Source: Chiloscyllium plagiosum
Taxonomy: Eukaryota
DNA: 64,000 nucleotides
NCBI RefSeq assembly: GCF_004010195.1
Contig: NC_057728.1
Location: forward strand, 51,670,552 to 51,734,551
Direction: 5' to 3'
The translations under genes were made by a program, and so were the position numbers. The notes below the pieces were generated by a model. The model saw only the letters and a program-made list of their open reading frames with translations. It had not been told where the DNA came from and did no database searches. This document shows positions 25,937-38,500 of the stretch, one piece after another (position 1 is the stretch's first letter; each line of letters opens with the position of its first letter).

Positions 25937-26152
25937 ACTATCTCCCCCATTTTCTGTGGCTCCACACAAAGGCCGCCTTGCTGATCTTTGAGGGGCCCTA
26001 TACTGTCCCTCATTATCCTTTTGTCCTTAATATATTTGTTAAAACCCTTTGGATTCTCCTTAATTCTATTTGCCAAAGCTATCTCATGTCCCCGTTTTGC
26101 CCTCCTGATTTCCCTCTTAAGTATTCTCCTACTTTCTTTATACTCTTCTAAG
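25937..26152 (-). mobile_element. CR1 ORF2 internal fragment (EN-RT linker)
   Basis: Minus strand ANRIKENPKGFNKYIKDKR..IGPLKDQQGGLCVEPQKMGEI. Confidence 0.8.
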
Positions 26153-26227
26153 TAGTGCAGGGATCGAGACTAGATTTTACATCCAATCCATATATGTTTT
26201 CAATTTCGAAGGGGTGAGAGGAAGTAT

Positions 26228-26953
26228 AGAGTCCTGGAGTCATAGGGATATACAGCATGGAATTAGACCCTTCGTCCAACTTGTCCATACCGACCAGATG
26301 TCTTAAATAAATCTAGCCCCGTTTGCCAGCTTGGCCCATATCACTCCAAACCCTTTCTATTCATATATCCATCCAAATGCCTTTTAAATGCTGTAATTGT
26401 ACCAGCCTCCACCACTTCCTCTGGCAGCTCATTGCATACATACACCACCCTCTGTCTGAAAAGGTTGCCCCTTAGGTCCCTTTTAAATTTTTCTTCTCTC
26501 ACCTTAAACCTATGCCCTCTGGTGTAATTGTACCAGCCTCCACCACTTCCTCTGGCAGCTCATTGCGTACATACACCACCTCTGTCTGAAAAGGTTGCCC
26601 CTTAGGTCCCTTTTAAATTTTTCTTCTCTCACCTTAAACCTATGCCCTCTGGTTTTGGACTCCCTTACCGTGAGGAAAAGACTTTGTCTATTTAACCTAT
26701 CCATGCCCCTCATGATTTTATAAACCTCGATAAGGTCACCCCCTCAGCTTCCAATGCTCAAGGAAACATAGCACCAGCTTATTCAGCCTTTCACTTTAGC
26801 TCAAATCCTCCAACCCTGGCAACACCCTTGTAAATATTTTCTGAACCCTTTCAAGTTTCACAACATCCCTCATACAGGAGGGAGACCAGAATTGCATACA
26901 ATATTCCAAAAGTGGTCTAACCAATGACCTGTACAGCTGCAAACTGACCTCCC
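26228..26953 (-). mobile_element. CR1 3' fragment with an internal tandem duplication of about 131 bp
   Basis: LQLYRSLVRPLLEYCMQFWSP..LERVQKIFTRVLPGL; 26392-26522 is repeated at 26523-26652. Confidence 0.85.
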
Positions 26954-27589
26954 TCGGTGCATCATCAGTCTTCTGAGGTATTGGCAATTAAAGTGGATTA
27001 CCTTTTATTTTAAACCAACATGGTTAAACATTGGGAGGGAGGTGGGTGGGGTTGATAAACTTCCTACCAGTAAAGCAAGGCTAAGGGATTGACCAAGCTT
27101 CTCTGTGGACCTTCCTGCAGTACCAGCAACGCCCCCTACCTTATGTTGTTGGAACTGCTAGAACTACCAATCCCACCCTCCCACTGAGGAGGCCCACTCT
27201 TGGCCTGTTGGGTTCGCTGAGAGTGTGTTCCGGCTGAGGGGCAGACATTTCTCGGTGCATCATCAGCCTTCTGTGGCATTTGTGAAATGCCTCAGGGAGG
27301 GAGGGGGTAACCATATGAATACCGCCCTTCAGAAAGTCCAATCACCAGCATTTGAGCTTAGAAATCGAGTGTGACTGTCCAGTGAAACACTGAGGGAGTG
27401 CTGCACTGTTGGAGATCTTCCAGCTGAGAAGTTAAGCTGAGGCCCATTTCCCTTCTGGGAACATTTGAAAAAAACCTCTGCCACCTTTTTAAAGAAGAGC
27501 AAGGGAGTTCTGGCTCGATTTATCTCTCAACTGAACGTCACAGAAAGTGTCTGATTTGTTGGTGGTGGGAGATGTGCACGAATTAGCTG

Positions 27590-27720
27590 GATAAAAGCGA
27601 CAGCAACAGCACCCCCTTTGTCAACAGGTTTGATGACAAGGTTGGGGTTGTACCTAAGGGAGCGAAGGGCCGAAAGTTTGGATGGAGAGAGGTTGGAATG
27701 GGTTGGAATGGGTAAGAGGG
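27590..27720 (-). mobile_element. Isolated internal fragment of a Penelope-like RT, flanked by a TSD
   Basis: Minus strand SNLSPSKLSALRSLRYNPNLVIKPVDKGGAVAV (Penelope IKPADKG motif); perfect 14-bp direct repeat gcacgaattagctg at 27576-27589 / 27721-27734. Confidence 0.75.
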
Positions 27721-27854
27721 GCACGAATTAGCTGCCTTGATTACAACAGTGACTCACTTCATTGGTTGTAAATAATTTTGAGAATTCCAGTGTTTATGAA
27801 TGGCAATAAACAAATGAGGAATCCAGACAAAATTTACCATCCAGCTCTGCAAGG

Positions 27855-28075
27855 AAGTATATTCTGCTATCATGTGCATTTTGTCAATGTAAATTGGCTA
27901 TAACGGGATTGATGAATAGTGGATGCCATTTCTAAAGTGCAAACTTTTTAAACCTGTGTTGGCTATAACACGATTGCATCGCCAACACTTTAAGTGCTAT
28001 TTTTAATGCGTGATTTTTATATAGGGCAGGGTAGCACAAGGACGGAGCCATCGCATTACAGAAGAAATAACTGTA
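27855..28075. mobile_element. Possible degenerate Tc1/mariner (Tigger-like) MITE
   Basis: Left tattctgctatcatg and right cgcattacagaagaaataactgta resemble decayed terminal inverted repeats; internal gctataac repeats. Confidence 0.35.
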
Positions 28076-28764
28076 TTGGGATGAAGACCAAAAACTTGGC
28101 CAAACAGGTAGGTTTCAACCTGAATCTTGAAGAAAGCGTGTTTATAGAGAGAATTCTGAGGTTCAGGCTGGCAAAGCCTCATCCTCCAGTTGGAGGGATT
28201 TGGTGACATTTTGTGAATGACCACCCAGAGGGTAGTATAGGTTGAGGACATTACAACATGGATTGGGGTGAGCAGGACATCAAGGAGGGATTTGATCATG
28301 AGGATGAGCATTATACACCTGATCATTTGTTTTCATATCCTGAAAACATCCCAAAGTGGTATCCAGCCAATGAAATACACCAGGAAGTGGGAATTTTAGG
28401 AAATATAGCAAGCTTCAAAAGCATCAACTGGATAAATGAGCAGTTATCCAGTGCTAGCAGAAGTTAAATATTGACCCAGGTACTGACCCTTACTCTTCAA
28501 ATTGTACCTTGCCAGACCATTTCAGAGGGTAGGTAAGAGTCATCCACATTGTTGTGGGTATGGATCTGGAGTCACATGTAGGCCAGATTGATGGTAGACT
28601 TCCTTCCCTAAAGGGCACTGGTTTACAAGATTCTTTTAAAAATAAATTGATTCACAGAAACCATTACTAAATTTAGATTTATTCATTGAATTCTGTCATG
28701 GTAAGATTTGAACCCATGTCCCTAGAGCCATAGGCAGGGTCTCTGCGTGACTAGTCCAATTACA

Positions 28765-29076
28765 TTGGCTGAGTGGTTAGCACTGCTGCCTCATAGCACC
28801 AGGGACCCGGGTTCGATTCCCGCCTCAGGCAACTGTCTTTGTGGAGTTTGCACATTCTCCCTGTGTCTGCGTGGGGGTGCTCCGGTTTCCACCCACAATC
28901 CAAAGGTGTGTGGGCCAGGTGAATTGGCCATGCTAAATTGCCCATAGTGATAGGTGCATTAGTCAAGAGTAAATATAAGGTAGGGGGATGGGTCTGGGTG
29001 GGTTACTCTTCGGAGGGTCAGTGTGGACTTGTTGGGCCGAAGGGCCTGTTTCCATACCGTAGGGAATCTAATCTAA
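28765..29076 (+). mobile_element. HE1-like V-SINE
   Basis: A box tggctgagtgg, B box gggttcgattcc, V-domain, aatctaatctaa tail. Confidence 0.9.
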
Positions 29077-29471
29077 AAAAAATTACTCTGTGGCCACCAT
29101 CGCCCCTTGAGAATATAAAGGGTCCCATTTCACAGCAAAGATGTTGCCTTCTGGTATCTCAACTAACATTAATCCTTTACTCAGCAGCCAAAACAAAATA
29201 ATTGATTCTTGATCTCACTCTGTTTGTTTGTGGGATCTTGCTGTGTGCAAACTATCATGCCACGACATTAATTAATTAATTGTGAAGTGAATCCATAAAG
29301 TAAGTGGCACTTTGCTATGTATTCATTCCTTACCTGAATGCAATTACGTTTTGCTCCAAAGAGAGAGAAAGATAGAGAGACCTTGCTGAAGCTTCTTGTC
29401 TGACCTTCATCAGGATGAAAGCAAGAATGCCAAAAGATCACAATGATCCCAGATGTGCTAATAGCTACACC

Positions 29472-29998
29472 ATAAGACCACAAGATATAGGAACAGAAAT
29501 TAGGTCATTCAGCCCATCAAGTTGGTTCCGCCAATCAATCATGGCTGATAGGTTTTCAATCCCATTCTCCTGCTTTCTCCCCATAACCCTTGATCCCCTT
29601 GTTACTCAAGAACATATCTACCTCAGTATTATATACTGGCCTCCACAGCCTTCTGTGGCAATGAGTTCCATAGATTCACCACTCTCTGGCTGAAGACGTT
29701 TCTCCTTATCTCCGTTCTAAAAGGTCTTCCCTTTACCCTAAGGCTATGTCATTGGGTCCTAGTCTCTCCTACAAATGAAGCATCGTCCCAACATCTACTC
29801 TGTCCAGGCCATTCAGTATTCTGTATGTTTCAATTAGATCCCCCCTTATCCTTTTAAACTCCATTGAGTATAAATCCAGAGTCCCCAAACGTTCCTCATA
29901 AGTTAAGCTTTTCATTCCAGAGACCATTCTCGTGAACCTCCTCTGAACACGGTCCAGGGCCAGTACATCCTTCCTTAGATATGGGGCCCAAAACTGCA
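29472..29998 (-). mobile_element. CR1 3' fragment
   Basis: QFWAPYLRKDVLALDRVQRRFTRMV..YEERL..RGDLIETYRIL. Confidence 0.85.
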
Positions 29999-30149
29999 AA
30001 CAACCGATTAATGATAATCATTACTGCTTGTAATGTTTACACTTAATAGAAAAGACATAAACTCTTCGATAAGCACCCAATCTCCACAAACAGGAGGAAT
30101 ACATTCAAATCTTGTGCCTTCCTTGAAATTCTTAAGAGCTTGAGAAGCC

Positions 30150-30790
30150 TATCTCATGGCATCAAAGAGCCCTAGCAAAATTGGAGTCCAAAGGAATCAG
30201 GGAGAAAACTGTTCTCTGGTTGGAGTCACAGCAACACAAAAGAAGATGCTTGTGTTTAATGTTGTTGAATAATCTCAGGCACAGAGCAGTACTACAGGAG
30301 TTCCTCAGAATAGTGTCCTTGGCCCACACATCGTCAGCTGCTTCATCTCCTTCCCTCAGTTTTAAGGTTAGAAGTGACGATGTTAGCTGATAAATGCATA
30401 ACGTTCAGCACAACTCCTAACTCCTCAGATATTGAAACAGGCCTTGTCCATACGCAGCAAGACATACAGGCTTCGACAGACATGGCGAGTAACAATGGTC
30501 CCATACAAATACCAGGGAATGACCATCTCCTACAAGAGAAAATCCAACCATCACCCCTTGACATTCAGTAGCTTCACCATCACTGAAACCTCCACTATCA
30601 ACATCCTGGGGATTATGTTGAACTGAAACTGAACTGAACTGGCCATATGAATGCCATGGCTAGAACAGTAGAACAAAGGCTGGGAATTCTGTAGCAAGGA
30701 ACTTGTTAATTTATAAGATACATGTCAGAAATGTGGTGGAATACTCTCCACTTGTCTGGATGAATGCAACTCCAATAACACTCGCTCAAG
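30150..30790 (+). mobile_element. Degraded LINE RT fragment (second CR1/L2-group family)
   Basis: KLESKGIREKTVLWLES and YKIHVRNVVEYSPLVW remnants. Confidence 0.6.
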
Positions 30791-31066
30791 AAAAACGATG
30801 TGCAGGGATTTGGGATTACCAGACAGCTCTTTCACTGAGCAGCCATGGTGGGCTGAATGGCCTTTCTTTGATAGCAACTTTTTTATATTAGCACTGATTA
30901 ATGTATTCAAACGTCCCAAGGTTCTTCCCAGGAACTTTACACAACAAAATTTAATCCTGAGCCAGAAAAGATATTAGGGTTAGAAAAAAACCCAAAGTTC
31001 TGCAAATGCTGGAAATTAGAAACAAAAGCAGAAATTGCTGGGAAAGCTCAGCAGGTGTGACAGCCT

Positions 31067-31545
31067 GGAGTCATACAGCATGAAAACAGAACCTTTGGTC
31101 CAACCAGTCCATGCCAACCATATTCCTAAATTATACTAGTCCCACCTGCTTGTGTTTGACCAATATCCCTTCAAAACATTTCTTATTCATGTATTTACAT
31201 TGTAACTGGACCCGTATTCACCACTTCCTCTGGAAGTTCAGTCCACACACAAGCCACCTTGTGTATAAAATTTCCCCCTTGTGTCTTTTTAAAATCTTTT
31301 TCCTCTCTCCTCACCTTCAAAATATACCCCCTAGTCTGGAAACACTCACCCCAGGGAAATGACACCTGCCATTCACCTTATCTGCAACCTTCATGATCTT
31401 ATAAACTCTTATATGGTCACCCCTAAACTGCCTACACTCTAACCCTCCATTCATGGCAACATCCCGGTCAATCTCTTCTGAACCCTCTCCAGCTTAATAA
31501 TATCTTTCCTGTAACAGGGTGACCAGAACTGGACACAGTACTCCA
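31067..31545 (-). mobile_element. CR1 3' fragment
   Basis: Reverse complement of the CR1 RT C-terminus and tail. Confidence 0.7.
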
Positions 31546-32237
31546 GAAGAGTCCTCTCTGGACAGGAAGGCATCAAGGCAGGTGCTCAAAACCTTGGTCA
31601 AAAAATTAGGTTTTAAAGGAGGAAAGAGAAACAGAGTTTTGGGGAGGAAATTTTCGGGTGAGCTTGGGGTCCAAGCAGCTGAGTGCATGGCTGCCAGTGG
31701 TGCAACTGAAATGAGCAGAATTAGAGTGCAGACATCTCGGGGAGTTGTAAAGCTGGAGGGGATTACAAAGATACAGAGGGCTGAGACTATTGAGAGTTGG
31801 AGGTGAGGGTGAGAATGTTCAAGTGGAGGTATGGCTCACCCAATTAGTGAGCATGAGGCTGATGTGCCAACAGGAGTTGGTAAGCGTATGAACATGGACA
31901 TGTTATGGACCAGACCAGACCCTCTCAAGTAGCCTAGACCCTATTTCTTTGCTTTATTTAAAGCCAGATGTGAAGTATGTGTTCCAGATATGAGGTGACT
32001 GGTCCAACTACTCGACATTAAGCAAAACACAATTTATTTTAAAACTATGGTTAAAATACAAAAGAAAGAGAGGGATTTAGAATAGCTTACCTATTGGAAA
32101 TCTGAACTGAATAATAGATACTATACCTGCTATTAATTAACTGTTCTAATATAGTAACATCCCATGAACACACCCCTTGGCAAAAAGATAAATTCAGACA
32201 CAAAGAATGGCAGGAGGTGGGTAACCTCAATGTTATG

Positions 32238-32451
32238 AGGAGAAAGTGAGGTCTGCAGATGCTGGAGATCAGAGCTGAAAATGTGTTGCTGGAAAAGCGC
32301 AGCAGGTCAGGTAGCACCCAGGGAACAGGAGAATCGACGTTTCGGGCATAAGCCCTTCCTGAAGAAGGGCTTATGCCCGAAACTTCGATTCTCCTGTTCC
32401 CTGGGTGCTGCCTGACCTGCTGCGCCTTTCCAGCAACACATTTTCAGCAGC
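32238..32451 (+). mobile_element. Short palindromic Penelope family-A element, hammerhead core at about 32359-32386
   Basis: Near-perfect inverted arms; perfect 15-bp TSD aacctcaatgttatg (32223-32237 / 32452-32466). Confidence 0.85.
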
Positions 32452-34204
32452 AACCTCAATGTTATGCCTTTATAAGGTGCCTGGTGCCACTTAGTCTGCA
32501 GGAGTCTTGCCCAGGAGCCCGAACGTTCTGGATTTAAATGCAACTCCAATGACATCAGCATAACATCCAGGCTGAGATTCTCAGTGTAGTACTGAGGGAT
32601 TATTTCTCTCTTTCTCTTCCATGCTCACTCGTTGTCTCACTCCTGCATTTGCTGTTTCTCTCAGTCACACTGTCTCTATGTATCTATCTATTTATCGAAG
32701 TTTGTTTCTGCTGTGAGTGGGATGAGCAAATCAACCAAGATGTGTGCAGTAGCATCTCAATCACTCTGAAATTGGGCACATGAAAGGCAGCTACAGTTTA
32801 GTACTGAAATGTGTGGGGTTAAGATTAAACAATGGAAATCTGCCTCAAACTTCTTATTGGAGTAGGAGAGCACAGGGGTTTGAACAGAGAGAGAGACACT
32901 GAAAACAAATTTTATTTAGAGGGAAAGTGGATAAATGGAAGTTTTACTTTGGAGGTAAAGAGGTGCTTATCAATGCTGGATTGGCAGCAAAACTGAGTGA
33001 AACAAACTGGACAGTGCAGGAGATTACAGATTCTCAAGGTAGTTACTGAGATGTATCCTACACAGCCGTAAATATATAAGCTGTAATTAATTGGATAGTA
33101 GGTATGGCATTCCAACTTCCATCTTCAGTCTCTATTTCTAAACCCACTTGCTAAAGTCCAGGTTGTTTGGATAGGTTTCTATACCCAGCGACCTAGAACC
33201 TGGTGTTGTGATTTGGAGCCAGAGGTCGGAAAGACTGGGGTGATACAGTTAGGATGGATAGAACTTTTCAGTATAGGTTACTTGGATGAATGCATTTGGA
33301 TGTCAGGAAACACTTCTACACAGATTGGAAAATGGAGCTCCTTCATCCAAAGTCTGTTAATGCTGGAGCAGTCAGAGCTGTTGAGAGTAAGAGTGATAGA
33401 TTCCTGTTGAGTGAGGGAGTTGAGGGATGTGGGATTGCTGTACAGATCAGCTATGAACTGACAGATGTTACAATATGTTCAAGGGGCTGAAAAGCCACCT
33501 CCTCTTCACATGGTGCTCTCCTCTGGAGTGATAGTAATTTGAAGAAGCCCTCACCATGCTGCTTTATGAAAGTGGAGGATTGGTGCTTGGACGCCTTGTA
33601 GTCTGAGAAATTAATTTTGATTGAAAATTTCTCAGTTTCCTTCTGTGACTTTCTCCCAGGAATGGTTTATCATGTTATTTTTGCCATTCCATTAACAAAA
33701 ATGCTGGGGAAAAGTTTTATGTTTATTTTCAGAATGTGGATAACACTGATACAAGTATATTTTAGACTACCTGCAAGTTCCCGTCCAAGCCACTTGCCTT
33801 CCTGACTTGGAAACATTAACATCATTCCTTCAATGTCACTGGATCAACAAACTGGAACCCCCTCCAAACAGGACGGTGGGTGTAACTAACCACAGAGGAC
33901 TCAGCAGTTCAGGAAGGCAGCTCACGACTACCTTTTCCAGGGCTGTTGGGGATGGGCAGTAAATGTTGGCAAAGGCAATGAGACCAACATCCTGCAAGCA
34001 CTTTCTCTCAAAAACAGGGGTAGCAATGCTGGCTTCAGTACCATAGCAACTGTATGACCTGTGCACCAAAACCTGTGGTAATAAACTATATTACCAATCC
34101 AGGATGACATAACAATCTAATTGAGGAGGCGAGATCGTGAAGGACAGAATAACTTTAGAAATAATTATGTCGGCAGCCCATTATAGTGGGATATGCAAAC
34201 GTTT

Positions 34205-34690
34205 ATAAATGCACAATAGAAAGCATTCTATCCAGATGCATCGCGGTATGGCAACTGCTGTGCTCAGGACTGTAAGATACTGCAGAGAGTTGTGAACACA
34301 GCCCCATCCATCACGCAAGCCAACCTCCCATTCAGTGATTCCATCTAAATTTCTTGTTCCCCTGGAAGGCAGCCAACATCATCAAAAACCCCTCCCATCC
34401 CAGTTATAATCTCTTCCAACGTCTTCCTTTGGACAGAAGACTCAAAAGCTTAAGCACATGTACCAACAGGTTCAGGAACCATTTCTTCTCTGCTGATACT
34501 AGACTCCTGAGTGGACCTCTCAAGTTTCAAATCTAACGTTGATCTTGCTTTTTGTACACCTTTGCAGCCGTAACTTTGTATTCCTCGCTCTGTTCAATCA
34601 CTGAGACTTTGTACATTATGATCTACTGTACTGCATGCAAAACAAAACATTTCACTGTACTTAGGTACATGGCAATAATAAATCAAACAT
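34205..34690 (+). mobile_element. Rex1/Babar-type LINE 3' fragment
   Basis: KAANIIKNPSHPSYNLFQRLP..RRLKSL..TNRFRNHFF; same family as 21064-21820. Confidence 0.8.
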
Positions 34691-35379
34691 TCCTTCCTAT
34701 AAATAAACAATGGGCTGTGTTTTTATGATACTTGCTGGGGAAAGGGAGGCAGGACAAGAACTGAGGGCTCCATTGACTCTCATTGTAACTCCCTCCTCAT
34801 AGTGTCCAATCAAGTCTCGCTGGCCACCTATTGTACATCCAGTTGGCAGGAGGCCAATCTGAAGCCAGAAGGGGTGGTGTGTGGGCTGCCCAAATCCAGA
34901 CAGGGATACAGTCACAGCAGTAAGTTTCAAGGTCTCATACTTTCTGAATGTCAATTTTTAATTGTGTTTGATGGCTTTAAAATTTCACAACAATTTGGAT
35001 ACTGCCGCCATCCCTGGCAGTGCCTGCTGTTTGGCTGCAGTCCTGTATTTTGTACTTATACTGTTTCATCACAGCTTCTGTAAAACATTCCCAAACTTTA
35101 TCAATTGTTATTTTGTAAAAATATATAAAATCCAATCCAACCTCATCAGATTGAGTACAATACTTGTAGCTCAGTTACTGATTTGTGATGAGTGCTTTAT
35201 GCCTGTTTGCCGCCTGTTCTCCTGAACATTCTTCCTCTTCCAGGCTGCAATTCTAAATGATGGCATTCCAAGATGTAAAACTATTTTGGGAATCACAAAA
35301 TCAGATGGTGCTTTTTTTTGGCGAAAGCCTCCCTGCAAGGTTTTTGTCCTACAGAAAGGATTTGAAAGAGTTACCTCCT

Positions 35380-35696
35380 TTTGAGAAGATTTGTAGCTCA
35401 GGTTGAGGTTCTGGATGTAAGTTTGCTCACTGAGCTGGAAGGTTCAATTTCAGACGTTTCATTACCATACTCGGTAACACCCTCAGTGAGCCTCTGGTGA
35501 AGCGCTGGTGTTATGTTTCGCTTTCTGTTAATGGTTTAGGTTTCCTTGGATCACTAACCCAACAAAACCTAAACACTTAAATAGAAAGCAGGACATAACA
35601 CCAGCGCTTCACTGGAGGCTCACTGTTGACGTTACCAAGTATGATGACGAAACATCTGAAAATGAACCTTTGAGTTCAGCGAGCACACTTACATCC
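35380..35696. mobile_element. Palindromic Penelope-like element (family C) with a degenerate hammerhead core in each arm
   Basis: About 140-bp inverted arms; TSD agagttacctcct (35367-35379) / agagtgacctcct (35697-35709); minus strand caCTGAggg-tgttacc..ggtaat-GAAACGTCtg. Confidence 0.7.
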
Positions 35697-36397
35697 AGAG
35701 TGACCTCCTGATTGTCATGGGAACATCGTTGGAGGTAGAGATCTGTTGTAACCACATTATTTCAAAAGTGATATGGAAGCACTGGAGAAGGGTGCAAGAG
35801 AAAGTTTAACATGAGTGATACCAGAAACGTGGAGTTAACACTCTTCAAGAAGAGGCTGAACAATTGGGTTGAATCCCAATTGAATCCCAATTGAAAATTT
35901 TGAAAGGAGATGACTAAGGGATGGCCTATAGAGACCTTCTAAAGTGTTAATATGTTTTGGTAGAGTAGACACAGGGAATATTTCAATTTAAAGAGCAATG
36001 AATAAAAAAAAATCAACTTTATAAGAGTCACCAAGACCTGAACAAGAAAATTCAGCAAAATGTAGCCAGAGAGTGGTGATACTATCTAATTCACCACCAT
36101 AGGGAATAGTTGAAGTGAAAGGGGTAATGTATTTTAATGGGAGCGTAGGCAAGCATAGGTTAAAGATAGGAATAGAGATTATAGATGAGGAAATTGGGGG
36201 TGAAGCTTAAGCAACAGCATGAAGTGTTAGGGCTGAATGGCCTGCTTCTGTTCATATTTTGTATAATCTTATGCATCTTTCCTTCCTGGATGCAGATTGA
36301 ATGCTTTGTGAGCATTGTGAATTCTGTGCAGCCTCATGTACCCTGCCTGCTCCTGAACTGGGTTCTTGTTGGTCCTTTTAAACACACACATTTGAAA

Positions 36398-36570
36398 TAG
36401 TTAAATATCACACAACACCAGGTTATAGACCAACAGGTTTATTTGGAAGCACTAGCATTCAGAGCACTGTTCCTTCATCAGGTAACTAGCTAGTTGGTCT
36501 ATAACCTAGTGTTGTGTAATTTTTAACTTTGTCCACCTCAGTCTAACACCAGCACCTCTACATCATGGCT
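36398..36570. mobile_element. Short palindromic Penelope family-B element
   Basis: Same arms as 23802-23969; minus-strand CTGATGA at about 36475-36481. Confidence 0.75.
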
Positions 36571-36809
36571 TCCTTTGAAACACCCAGACGAAGGGCAACC
36601 GGGCGACTTGATCAACAGTGTCCAGCTGTTAGTGATGTTTTTGGGATGGAAGGCTGACCAAGGTAGAGAGTTGTAAAGTTTTCACTGTTTGTGGAAAAGT
36701 CATGTGATATCAATGTCTTCCAAATACTTCAGTAAAGCTATCGAATCTTAATGTTTTCCTTATCAAATTTAATCATAGCCATTTACAAAAAGAATCATTC
36801 AGCCCTAAA

Positions 36810-38500
36810 GACCATAAAACTTAGGAACAGAAGTAGATCATTCACCCATTCAATAAGATCGTAGCTAATCTAATAATTCTCAACTCCACTCTCTTGCCTT
36901 TTCTGCATCTCCTTTGATTGTCTTGCTGATTAAAAATCTGTCCATTTCAACACTGAATATACTTAACAACTCAGTGTCTACTGGCTTCTTCAGTACATAT
37001 TTCCAGAGTTTCACGACCCTCTGAGAGGGGAAAAAATAATGCTTATTTCTGTCTTAAACGTGTGATCCTTTATTGAGATTATATCCTCTGGTCCTAGGTG
37101 GGAAACCTGGAAGGGTTCAGAAAAGGATTAGTGGGTTTGAGCTAAAGGGAGAGGCTGAATAGTTTGGAGCTGGTTTCCCTGGAGCGCCAGAGGCTGAGGA
37201 GAGATCTTCTAAAATCATGAGGGGCATGGATAGGATAAATAGACAAAGTCTTTTTCCTGGGGTAGGGGAGTCCAGAACTAGAGGGCCTAGGTTTAAGGTG
37301 AGAGGGGAAAGATATAAAACGAACCTAAGGAACAACTTTCTCACACAGAGGGTGGTGCATGTATGGAATGAGCTGCCAGAAATGGTGGAGGCTGGTACAA
37401 TTACAACATTTCAAAAAGCATCTGGATGGGTTTATGAAAGGAAGGGTTTTGAGAGATATGGGCCAAATGTTTGCAAATGAGACTAGACTAATTTAGGATA
37501 TCTGGTTGGCATGGACGAGTTGGATCGAAGGGTCTGTTTCCGTGCTGTACATCTCCATGGGACTCTATCCATCCTGAGAAGTCCCCGAAGAATCTTTATA
37601 TTTCAATAAGACCACCTCGCATTTTCCTAAACTCAAATGAGTACAGGCCCAACATACTCAACCCTCCGTAAGACAGTCCCTCCGTGTCAGGGTTCAGCCC
37701 TAGGGACTCTTCTCTGGACTGCCAACACCAGTGTATCTTTCCTTAGATTATCATAGAACCCTGGCGGCACGGTGGTTAGCACTGCTGCCTCACAGTGCTA
37801 GAGACCCGGGTTCAATTCCCGCCTCAGGCGACTGACTGTGTGGAGTTTGCACGTTCTCCCCGTGTCTGTGTGGGTTTCCTCCGGGTGCTCCGTTTTCTTC
37901 CCACAGTCCAAAGATGTGCAGGTCAGGTGAATTGGCCATGCTAAATTGCCCGTAGTGTTAGGTAAGGGGTAAATGTAGGGGTATGGGTGGGTTGCGCTTT
38001 GGCGGGTCGGTGTGGACTTGTTGGGCCGAAGGGCCTGTTTCCACACTGTAATGTAATCTAACCCCTACAGTGTGGAAGTAGGCCATTCGGCCCATCAAGT
38101 CCACACTAACCCTCCAAAGAGCATCCCACCTTGCTACCCCATAATCCTGCATTCCCCAAGGCTAATCCACATATCCTGCACATCTCTGGACGGTATATTG
38201 GGAGCACAATATTCCCTGTAGTCTGACTAGAGCCATCAATAGTTTTAACAAAAATTCCCTACATTTTATATTCCATAGCCTTTGAAATAAAAGCCAACAT
38301 TTTATTTGATTTCCCTGACATGAACTTTGTTGTTAGCTTTTTGTGATTAATAGTTAAGGTCTCCCAAATCCCTCTGTACGGCAGCTTTCCCCATTTAAAT
38401 AATATTCAGCTCTTCTTTTCACTCTGCCAAAGTGCCAATTTCCTACATCATATTCCATTTTACGAGTTTTTTACCACTCCCTTAACCTATCTGTATCCCT
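36810..38500 (-). mobile_element. Old CR1 fragment hosting a younger CR1 (37112-37567, +) and SINEs (37750-38190)
   Basis: The antisense CR1 3' region continues on both sides of the nested insertions; the nested copy encodes MRGMDRINRQSLFPGVGESRTRG. Confidence 0.65.
37762..38060 (+). mobile_element. Young HE1-like V-SINE
   Basis: ggcggcacggtggttagcactgctgcctcac head, B box gggttcaattcc, V-domain, gtaatgtaatctaa tail. Confidence 0.92.

Noticed and set aside
26954..27280. About 30-bp direct repeat ctcggtgcatcatcag.cttctg 300 bp apart
   Set aside because: No recognisable element lies between the copies, so it cannot be interpreted.
31900..32210. Possible solo LTR starting TGTTATG
   Set aside because: I could not identify a matching CA end, TSD, PBS or second copy.
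37762..37830. tRNA gene
   Set aside because: The A/B boxes are SINE heads that run into a V-domain and LINE-like tail; there is no full cloverleaf.
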